Source: Lingula anatina (Eukaryota > Animalia > Brachiopoda). From it: a stretch of DNA of 53,117 nt. The translations under genes were made by a program, and so were the position numbers. Shown piece after piece: positions 25,501 to 36,541 of this stretch (within the stretch, counting starts at the first letter, position 1; every line of letters begins with the position of its first letter). Where the stretch lies: assembly GCA_051362555.1 (NCBI GenBank), contig CM120649.1, forward strand, positions 20,258,066-20,311,182, given 5' to 3'. Below the pieces are notes generated by a model. It had not been told where the DNA came from. It saw nothing but the letters and a program-made list of their open reading frames with translations, and did not search any database.

Positions 25501-28500
25501 TCATTATTAAGGAAGAAATAGAGCAAAAACTCTCTCCACCCCCCCTCTCCAAATCCTGTTCTCAGGTGTGCTTTCTGGCAATCTTTAAAGCTGAAATTGG
25601 GGGCTTTAATGAAGTGACCCGGGCGCGTTTCCACATTTTTTATGAATGTCAGGTGTGGTAAATTGATTTTCATCACTTTTTGGAAAAATTTTTGACGGGT
25701 CATTTTTGGGTGATTTTGAGTGATTTTCGTAAGGTCCGGATATGGCAGTTTTCTTCAATTTTGGCCAGGTAGGGATGAAAAATTTTTTTCTTCAATATTG
25801 TGTCAGGTAGGTGTGTTTGGTCATTTGTAGTGAGGATAAAGTACTGGAAGAGTGGTTGTATCATTATTAAGGAAGAAATAGAGCAAAAACTCTCTCCACC
25901 CCCCCCTCTCCAAATCCTGTTCTCAGGTGTGCTTTCTGGCAATCTTTAAAGCTGAAATTGGGGGCTTTAATGAAGTGACCCGGGCGCGTTTCCACATTTT
26001 TTATGAATGTCAGGTGTGGTAAATTGATTTTCATCACTTTTTGGAAAAATTTTTGACGGGTCATTTTTGGGTGATTTTGAGTGATTTTCGTAAGGTCCGG
26101 ATATGGCAGTTTTCTTCAATTTTGGCCAGGTAGGGATGAAAAATTTTTTTCTTCAATATTGTGTCAGGTAGGTGTGTTTGGTCATTTGTAGTGAGGATAA
26201 AGTACTGGAAGAGTGGTTGTATCATTATTAAGGAAGAAATAGAGCTAAAACTCTCTCCACCCCCCCCCCCCTCTCCAAATCCTGTTCTCAGGTGTGCTTT
26301 CTGGCAATCTTTAAAGCTGAAATTGGGGGCTTTAATGAAGTGACCCGGGTGCGTTTCCACATTTTTTATGAATGTCAGGTGTGGTAAATTGATTTTCATC
26401 ACTTTTTGGAAAAATTTTTGACGGGTCATTTTTGGGTGATTTTGAGTGATTTTCGTAAGGTCCGGATATGGCAGTTTTCTTCAATTTTGGCCAGGTAGGG
26501 ATGAAAAATTTTTTTCTTCAATATTGTGTCAGGTAGGTGTGTTTGGTCATTTGTAGTGAGGATAAAGTACTGGAAGAGTGGTTGTATCATTATTAAGGAA
26601 GAAATAGAGCAAAAACTCTCTCCACCCCCCCCCTCTCCAAATCCTGTTCTCAGGTGTGCTTTCTGGCAATCTTTAAAGCTGAAATTGGGGGCTTTAATGA
26701 AGTGACCCGGGCGCGTTTCCACATTTTTTATGAATGTCAGGTGTGGTAAATTGATTTTCATCACTTTTTGGAAAAATTTTTGACGGGTCATTTTTGGGTG
26801 ATTTTGAGTGATTTTCGTAAGGTCCGGATATGGCAGTTTTCTTCAATTTTGGCCAGGTAGGGATGAAAAATTTTTTTCTTCAATATTGTGTCAGGTAGGT
26901 GTGTTTGGTCATTTGTAGTGAGGATAAAGTACTGGAAGAGTGGTTGTATCATTATTAAGGAAGAAATAGAGCAAAAACTCTCTCCACCCCCCCCTCTCCA
27001 AATCCTGTTCTCAGGTGTGCTTTCTGGCAATCTTTAAAGCTGAAATTGGGGGCTTTAATGAAGTGACCCGGGCGCGTTTCCACATTTTTTATGAATGTCA
27101 GGTGTGGTAAATTGATTTTCATCACTTTTTGGAAAAATTTTTGACGGGTCATTTTTGGGTGATTTTGAGTGATTTTCGTAAGGTCCGGATATGGCAGTTT
27201 TCTTCAATTTTGGCCAGGTAGGGATGAAAAATTTTTTTCTTCAATATTGTGTCAGGTAGGTGTGTTTGGTCATTTGTAGTGAGGATAAAGTACTGGAAGA
27301 GTGGTTGTATCATTATTAAGGAAGAAATAGAGCAAAAACTCTCTCCACCCCCCCCCCTCTCCAAATCCTGTTCTCAGGTGTGCTTTCTGGCAATCTTTAA
27401 AGCTGAAATTGGGGGCTTTAATGAAGTGACCCGGGCGCGTTTCCACATTTTTTATGAATGTCAGGTGTGGTAAATTGATTTTCATCACTTTTTGGAAAAA
27501 TTTTTGACGGGTCATTTTTGGGTGATTTTGAGTGATTTTCGTAAGGTCCGGATATGGCAGTTTTCTTCAATTTTGGCCAGGTAGGGATGAAAAATTTTTT
27601 TCTTCAATATTGTGTCAGGTAGGTGTGTTTGGTCATTTGTAGTGAGGATAAAGTACTGGAAGAGTGGTTGTATCATTATTAAGGAAGAAATAGAGCAAAA
27701 ACTCTCTCCACCCCCCCCCCCCTCTCCAAATCCTGTTCTCAGGTGTGCTTTCTGGCAATCTTTAAAGCTGAAATTGGGGGCTTTAATGAAGTGACCCGGG
27801 CGCGTTTCCACATTTTTTATGAATGTCAGGTGTGGTAAATTGATTTTCATCACTTTTTGGAAAAATTTTTGACGGGTCATTTTTGGGTGATTTTGAGTGA
27901 TTTTCGTAAGGTCCGGATATGGAAGTTTTCTTCAATTTTGGCCAGGTAGGGATGAAAAATTTTTTTCTTCAATATTGTGTCAGGTAGGTGTGTTTGGTCA
28001 TTTGTAGTGAGGATAAAGTACTGGAAGAGTGGTTGTATCATTATTAAGGAAGAAATAGAGCAAAAACTCTCTCCACCCCCCCCTCTCCAAATCCTGTTCT
28101 CAGGTGTGCTTTCTGGCAATCTTTAAAGCTGAAATTGGGGGCTTTAATGAAGTGACCCGGGCGCGTTTCCACATTTTTTATGAATGTCAGGTGTGGTAAA
28201 TTGATTTTCATCACTTTTTGGAAAAATTTTTGACGGGTCATTTTTGGGTGATTTTGAGTGATTTTCGTAAGGTCCGGATATGGCAGTTTTCTTCAATTTT
28301 GGCCAGGTAGGGATGAAAAATTTTTTTCTTCAATATTGTGTCAGGTAGGTGTGTTTGGTCATTTGTAGTGAGGATAAAGTACTGGAAGAGTGGTTGTATC
28401 ATTATTAAGGAAGAAATAGAGCAAAAACTCTCTCCACCCCCCCCTCTCCAAATCCTGTTCTCAGGTGTGCTTTCTGGCAATCTTTAAAGCTGAAATTGGG

Positions 28501-31500
28501 GGCTTTAATGAAGTGACCCGGGCGCGTTTCCACATTTTTTATGAATGTCAGGTGTGGTAAATTGATTTTCATCACTTTTTGGAAAAATTTTTGACGGGTC
28601 ATTTTTGGGTGATTTTGAGTGATTTTCGTAAGGTCCGGATATGGCAGTTTTCTTCAATTTTGGCCAGGTAGGGATGAAAAATTTTTTTCTTCAATATTGT
28701 GTCAGGTAGGAGTGTTTGGTCATTTGTAGTTAGGATAAAGTACTGGAAGAGTGGTTGTATCATTATTAAGGAAGAAATGGAGCAAAAACTCTCTCCACCC
28801 CCCCCTCTCCAAATCCTGTTCTCAGGTGTGCTTTCTGGCAATCTTTAAAGCTGAAATTGGGGGCTTTAATGAAGTGACCCGGGCGCGTTTCCACATTTTT
28901 TATGAATGTCAGGTGTGGTAAATTGATTTTCATCACTTTTTGGAAAAATTTTTGACGGGTCATTTTTGGGTGATTTTGAGTGATTTTCGTAAGGTCCGGA
29001 TATGGCAGTTTTCTTCAATTTTGGCCAGGTAGGGATGAAAAATTTTTTTCTTCAATATTGTGTCAGGTAGGAGTGTTTGGTCATTTGTAGTGAGGATAAA
29101 GTACTGGAAGAGTGGTTGTATCATTATTAAGGAAGAAATAGAGCAAAAACTCTCTCCACCCCCCCCCTCTCCAAATCCTGTTCTCAGGTGTGCTTTCTGG
29201 CAATCTTTAAAGCTGAAATTGGGGGCTTTAATGAAGTGACCCGGGCGCGTTTCCACATTTTTTATGAATGTCAGGTGTGGTAAATTGATTTTCATCACTT
29301 TTTGGAAAAATTTTTGACGGGTCATTTTTGGGTGATTTTGAGTGATTTTCGTAAGGTCCGGATATGGCAGTTTTCTTCAATTTTGGCCAGGTAGGGATGA
29401 AAAATTTTTTTCTTCAATATTGTGTCAGGTAGGTGTGTTTGGTCATTTGTAGTGAGGATAAAGTACTGGAAGAGTGGTTGTATCATTATTAAGGAAGAAA
29501 TAGAGCAAAAACTCTCTCCACCCCCCCCTCTCCAAATCCTGTTCTCAGGTGTGCTTTCTGGCAATCTTTAAAGCTGAAATTGGGGGCTTTAATGAAGTGA
29601 CCCGGGCGCGTTTCCACATTTTTTATGAATGTCAGGTGTGGTAAATTGATTTTCATCACTTTTTGGAAAAATTTTTGACGGGTCATTTTTGGGTGATTTT
29701 GAGTGATTTTCGTAAGGTCCGGATATGGCAGTTTTCTTCAATTTTGGCCAGGTAGGGATGAAAATTTTTTTTCTTCAATATTGTGTCAGGTAGGTGTGTT
29801 TGGTCATTTGTAGTGAGGATAAAGTACTGGAAGAGTGGTTGTATCATTATTAAGGAAGAAATAGAGCAAAAACTCTCTCCACCCCCCCCCTCTCCAAATC
29901 CTGTTCTCAGGTGTGCTTTCTGGCAATCTTTAAAGCTGAAATTGGGGGCTTTAATGAAGTGACCCGGGCGCGTTTCCACATTTTTAATGAATGTCAGGTG
30001 TGGTAAATTGATTTTCATCACTTTTTGGAAAAATTTTTGACGGGTCATTTTTGGGTGATTTTGAGTGATTTTCGTAAGGTCCGGATATGGCAGTTTTCTT
30101 CAATTTTGGCCAGGTAGGGATGAAAAATTTTTTTCTTCAATATTGTGTCAGGTAGGTGTGTTTGGTCATTTGTAGTGAGGATAAAGTACTGGAAGAGTGG
30201 TTGTATCATTATTAAGGAAGAAATAGAGCAAAAACTCTCTCCACCCCCCCTCTCCAAATCCTGTTCTCAGGTGTGCTTTCTGGCAATCTTTAAAGCTGAA
30301 ATTGGGGGCTTTAATGAAGTGACCCGGGCGCGTTTCCACATTTTTTATGAATGTCAGGTGTGGTAAATTGATTTTCATCACTTTTTGGAAAAATTTTTGA
30401 CGGGTCATTTTTGGGTGATTTTGAGTGATTTTCGTAAGGTCCGGATATGGCAGTTTTCTTCAATTTTGGCCAGGTAGGGATGAAAAATTTTTTTCTTCAA
30501 TATTGTGTCAGGTAGGTGTGTTTGGTCATTTGTAGTGAGGATAAAGTACTGGAAGAGTGGTTGTATCATTATTAAGGAAGAAATAGAGCAAAAACTCTCT
30601 CCACCCCCCCCTCTCCAAATCCTGTTCTCAGGTGTGCTTTCTGGCAATCTTTAAAGCTGAAATTGGGGGCTTTAATGAAGTGACCCGGGCGCGTTTCCAC
30701 ATTTTTTATGAATGTCAGGTGTGGTAAATTGATTTTCATCACTTTTTGGAAAAATTTTTGACGGGTCATTTTTGGGTGATTTTGAGTGATTTTCGTAAGG
30801 TCCGGATATGGCAGTTTTCTTCAATTTTGGCCAGGTAGGGATGAAAAATTTTTTTCTTCAATATTGTGTCAGGTAGGTGTGTTTGGTCATTTGTAGTGAG
30901 GATAAAGTACTGGAAGAGTGGTTGTATCATTATTAAGGAAGAAATAGAGCAAAAACTCTCTCCACCCCCCCTCTCCAAATCCTGTTCTCAGGTGTGCTTT
31001 CTGGCAATCTTTAAAGCTGAAATTGGGGGCTTTAATGAAGTGACCCGGGCGCGTTTCCACATTTTTTATGAATGTCAGGTGTGGTAAATTGATTTTCATC
31101 ACTTTTTGGAAAAATTTTTGACGGGTCATTTTTGGGTGATTTTGAGTGATTTTCGTAAGGTCCGGATATGGCAGTTTTCTTCAATTTTGGCCAGGTAGGG
31201 ATGAAAAATTTTTTTCTTCAATATTGTGTCAGGTAGGTGTGTTTGGTCATTTGTAGTGAGGATAAAGTACTGGAAGAGTGGTTGTATCATTATTAAGGAA
31301 GAAATAGAGCAAAAACTCTCTCCACCCCCCCCCCTCTCCAAATCCTGTTCTCAGGTGTGCTTTCTGGCAATCTTTAAAGCTGAAATTGGGGGCTTTAATG
31401 AAGTGACCCAGGCGCGTTTCCACATTTTTTATGAATGTCAGGTGTGGTAAATTGATTTTCATCACTTTTTGGAAAAATTTTTGACGGGTCATTTTTGGGT

Positions 31501-34500
31501 GATTTTGAGTGATTTTCGTAAGGTCCGGATATGGCAGTTTTCTTCAATTTTGGCCAGGTAGGGATGAAAAATTTTTTTCTTCAATATTGTGTCAGGTAGG
31601 TGTGTTTGGTCATTTGTAGTGAGGATAAAGTACTGGAAGAGTGGTTGTATCATTATTAAGGAAGAAATAGAGCAAAAACTCTCTCCACCCCCCCCCCCTC
31701 TCCAAATCCTGTTCTCAGGTGTGCTTTCTGGCAATCTTTAAAGCTGAAATTGGGGGCTTTAATGAAGTGACCCGGGCGCGTTTCCACATTTTTTAGTAAT
31801 GTCAGGTGTGGTAAATTGATTTTCATCACTTTTTGGAAAAATTTTTGACGGGTCATTTTTGGGTGATTTTGAGTGATTTTCGTAAGGTCCGGATATGGCA
31901 GTTTTCTTCAATTTTGGCCAGGTAGGGATGAAAAATTTTTTTCTTCAATATTGTGTCAGGTAGGTGTGTTTGGTCATTTGTAGTGAGGATAAAGTACTGG
32001 AAGAGTGGTTGTATCATTATTAAGGAAGAAATAGAGCAAAAACTCTCTCCACCCCCCCCTCTCCAAATCCTGTTCTCAGGTGTGCTTTCTGGCAATCTTT
32101 AAAGCTGAAATTGGGGGCTTTAATGAAGTGACCCGGGCGCGTTTCCACATTTTTTATGAATGTCAGGTGTGGTAAATTGATTTTCATCACTTTTTGGAAA
32201 AATTTTTGACGGGTCATTTTTGGGTGATTTTGAGTGATTTTCGTAAGGTCCGGATATGGCAGTTTTCTTCAATTTTGGCCAGGTAGGGATGAAAAATTTT
32301 TTTCTTCAATATTGTGTCAGGTAGGTGTGTTTGGTCATTTGTAGTGAGGATAAAGTACTGGAAGAGTGGTTGTATCATTATTAAGGAAGAAATAGAGCAA
32401 AAACTCTCTCCACCCCCCCCCCTCTCCAAATCCTGTTCTCAAGTGTGCTTTCTGGCAATCTTTAAAGCTGAAATTGGGGGCTTTAATGAAGTGACCCGGG
32501 CGCGTTTCCACATTTTTTATGAATGTCAGGTGTGGTAAATTGATTTTCATCACTTTTTGGAAAAATTTTTGACGGGTCATTTTTGGGTGATTTTGAGTGA
32601 TTTTCGTAAGGTCCGGATATGGCAGTTTTCTTCAATTTTGGCCAGGTAGGGATGAAAAATTTTTTTCTTCAATATTGTGTCAGGTAGGTGTGTTTGGTCA
32701 TTTGTAGTGAGGATAAAGTACTGGAAGAGTGGTTGTATCATTATTAAGGAAGAAATAGAGCAAAAACTCTCTCCACCCCCCCCTCTCCAAATCCTGTTCT
32801 CAGGTGTGCTTTCTGGCAATCTTTAAAGCTAAAATTGGGGGCTTTAATGAAGTGACCCGGGCGCGTTTCCACATTTTTTATGAATGTCAGGTGTGGTAAA
32901 TTGATTTTCATCACTTTTTGGAAAAATTTTTGACGGGTCATTTTTGGGTGATTTTGAGTGATTTTCGTAAGGTCCGGATATGGCAGTTTTCTTCAATTTT
33001 GGCCAGGTAGGGATGAAAAATTTTTTTCTTCAATATTGTGTCAGGTAGGTGTGTTTGGTCATTTGTAGTGAGGATAAAGTACTGGAAGAGTGGTTGTATC
33101 ATTATTAAGGAAGAAATAGAGCAAAAACTCTCTCCACCCCCCCCCTCTCCAAATCCTGTTCTCAGGTGTGCTTTCTGGCAATCTTTAAAGCTGAAATTGG
33201 GGGCTTTAATGAAGTGACCCGGGCGCGTTTCCACATTTTTTATGAATGTCAGGTGTGGTAAATTGATTTTCATCACTTTTTGGAAAAATTTTTGACGGGT
33301 CATTTTTGGGTGATTTTGAGTGATTTTCGTAAGGTCCGGATATGGCAGTTTTCTTCAATTTTGGCCAGGTAGGGATGAAAAATTTTTTTCTTCAATATTG
33401 TGTCAGGTAGGTGTGTTTGGTCATTTGTAGTGAGGATAAAGTACTGGAAGAGTGGTTGTATCATTATTAAGGAAGAAATAGAGCAAAAACTCTCTCCACC
33501 CCCCCCTCTCCAAATCCTGTTCTCAGGTGTGCTTTCTGGCAATCTTTAAAGCTGAAATTGGGGGCTTTAATGAAGTGACCCGGGCGCGTTTCCACATTTT
33601 TTATGAATGTCAGGTGTGGTAAATTGATTTTCATCACTTTTTGGAAAAATTTTTGACGGGTCATTTTTGGGTGATTTTGAGTGATTTTCGTAAGGTCCGG
33701 ATATGGCAGTTTTCTTCAATTTTGGCCAGGTAGGGATGAAAAATTTTTTTCTTCAATATTGTGTCAGGTAGGTGTGTTTGGTCATTTGTAGTGAGGATAA
33801 AGTACTGGAAGAGTGGTTGTATCATTATTAAGGAAGAAATAGAGCAAAAACTCTCTCCACCCCCCCCCCCTCTCCAAATCCTGTTCTCAGGTGTGCTTTC
33901 TGGCAATCTTTAAAGCTGAAATTGGGGGCTTTAATGAAGTGACCCGGGCGCGTTTCCACATTTTTTATGAATGTCAGGTGTGGTAAATTGATTTTCATCA
34001 CTTTTTGGAAAAATTTTTGACGGGTCATTTTTGGGTGATTTTGAGTGATTTTCGTAAGGTCCGGATATGGCAGTTTTCTTCAATTTTGGCCAGGTAGGGA
34101 TGAAAAATTTTTTTCTTCAATATTGTGTCAGGTAGGTGTGTTTGGTCATTTGTAGTGAGGATAAAGTACTGGAAGAGTGGTTGTATCATTATTAAGGAAG
34201 AAATAGAGCAAAAACTCTCTCCACCCCCCCCCCCCTCTCCAAATCCTGTTCTCAGGTGTGCTTTCTGGCAATCTTTAAAGCTGAAATTGGGGGCTTTAAT
34301 GAAGTGACCCGGGCGCGTTTCCACATTTTTTATGAATGTCAGGTGTGGTAAATTGATTTTCATCACTTTTTGGAAAAATTTTTGACGGGTCATTTTTGGG
34401 CGATTTTGAGTGATTTTCGTAAGGTCCGGATATGGCAGTTTTCTTCAATTTTGGCCAGGTAGGGATGAAAAATTTTTTTCTTCAATATTGTGTCAGGTAG

Positions 34501-36201
34501 GTGTGTTTGGTCATTTGTAGTGAGGATAAAGTACTGGAAGAGTGGTTGTATCATTATTAAGGAAGAAATAGAGCAAAAACTCTCTCCACCCCCCCCCCCC
34601 TCTCCAAATCCTGTTCTCAGGTGTGCTTTCTGGCAATCTTTAAAGCTGAAATTGGGGGCTTTAATGAAGTGACCCGGGCGCGTTTCCACATTTTTTATGA
34701 ATGTCAGGTGTGGTAAATTGATTTTCATCACTTTTTGGAAAAATTTTTGACGGGTCATTTTTGGGCGATTTTGAGTGATTTTCGTAAGGTCGGGATATGG
34801 CAGTTTTCTTCAATTTTGGCCAGGTAGGGATGAAAAATTTTTTTCTTCAATATTGTGTCAGGTAGGTGTGTTTGGTCATTTGTAGTGAGGATAAAGTACT
34901 GGAAGAGTGGTTGTATCATTATTAAGGAAGAAATAGAGCAAAAACTCTCTCCACCCCCCCCCTCTCCAAATCCTGTTCTCAGGTGTGCTTTCTGGCAATC
35001 TTTAAAGCTGAAATTGGGGGCTTTAATGAAGTGACCCGGGCGCGTTTCCACATTTTTTATGAATGTCAGGTGTGGTAAATTGATTTTCATCAGTTTTTGG
35101 AAAAATTTTTGACGGGTCATTTTTGGGTGATTTTGAGTGATTTTCGTAAGGTCCGGATATGGCAGTTTTTTCAATTTTGGCCAGGTAGGGATGAAAAATT
35201 TTTTTCTTCAATATTGTGTCAGGTAGGTGTGTTTGGTCATTTGTAGTGAGGATAAAGTACTGGAAGAGTGGTTGTATCATTATTAAGGAAGAAATAGAGC
35301 AAAAACTCTCTCCACCCCCCCCCCCTCTCCAAATCCTGTTCTCAGGTGTGCTTTCTGGCAATCTTTAAAGCTGAAATTGGGGGCTTTAATGAAGTGACCT
35401 GGGCGCGTTTCCACATTTTTTATGAATGTCAGGTGTGGTAAATTGATTTTCATCACTTTTTGGAAAAATTTTTGACGGGTCATTTTTGGGTGATTTTGAG
35501 TGATTTTCGTAAGGTCCGGATATGGCAGTTTTCTTCAATTTTGGCCAGGTAGGGATGAAAAATTTTTTTCTTCAATATTGTGTCAGGTAGGTGTGTTTGG
35601 TCATTTGTAGTGAGGATAAAGTACTGGAAGAGTGGTTGTATCATTATTAAGGAAGAAATAGAGCAAAAACTCTCTCCACCCCCCCCTCTCCAAATCCTGT
35701 TCTCAGGTGTGCTTTCTGGCAATCTTTAAAGCTGAAATTGGGGGCTTTAATGAAGTGACCCGGGCGCGTTTCCACATTTTTTATGAATGTCAGGTGTGGT
35801 AAATTGATTTTCATCACTTTTTGGAAAAATTTTTGACGGGTCATTTTTGGGTGATTTTGAGTGATTTTCGTAAGGTCCGGATATGGCAGTTTTCTTCAAT
35901 TTTGGCCAGGTAGGGATGAAAAATTTTTTTCTTCAATATTGTGTCAGGTAGGTGTGTTTGGTCATTTGTAGTGAGGATAAAGTACTGGAAGAGTGGTTGT
36001 ATCATTATTAAGGAAGAAATAGAGCAAAAACTCTCTCCACCCCCCCCTCTCCAAATCCTGTTCTCAGGTGTGCTTTCTGGCAATCTTTAAAGCTGAAATT
36101 GGGGGCTTTAATGAAGTGACCCGGGCGCGTTTCCACATTTTTTATGAATGTCAGGTGTGGTAAATTGATTTTCATCACTTTTTGGAAAAATTTTTGACGG
36201 G
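19563..36201. repeat. Satellite domain B (~46 units; diagnostic G>A giving GTTGTATCATT)
   Basis: The first A allele is at 19721 and every later unit carries it (translations switch to ...LIMIQP...). The other three diagnostic sites remain A-type up to the unit at 35841. Confidence 0.92.
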
Positions 36202-36541
36202 TCATTTTTGGGTGATTTTGAGTGATTTTCGTAAGGTCCGGATGGTCAGGTAGGGATGAAAAATTTTTTTCTTCAATATTGGGTCAGGTAGGTGTGTTTG
36301 GTCATTTGTAGTGAGGATAAAGTACTGGAAGAGTGGTTGTATCATTATTAAGGAAGAAATAAAGCAAAAACTCTCTCCACCCCCCCCTCTCCAAATCCTG
36401 TTCTCAGGTGTGCTTTCTGGCAATCTTTAAAGCTGAAATTGGGGGCTTTAATGAAGTGATCCGGGCGCGTTTCCACATTTTTTATGAATGTCAGGTGTGG
36501 TAAATTGATTTTCATCACTTTTTGGAAAAATTTTTGACGGG
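36202..36541. repeat. Truncated 340-bp monomer with a 21-bp internal deletion at the B/C junction
   Basis: It reads CCGGAT|GGTCAGGTAGGG at ~36238-36255 versus consensus CCGGAT-ATGGCAGTTTTCTTCAATTTT-GGCCAGGTAGGG. Unit spacing 36202 to 36542 is 340 bp. Confidence 0.93.
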
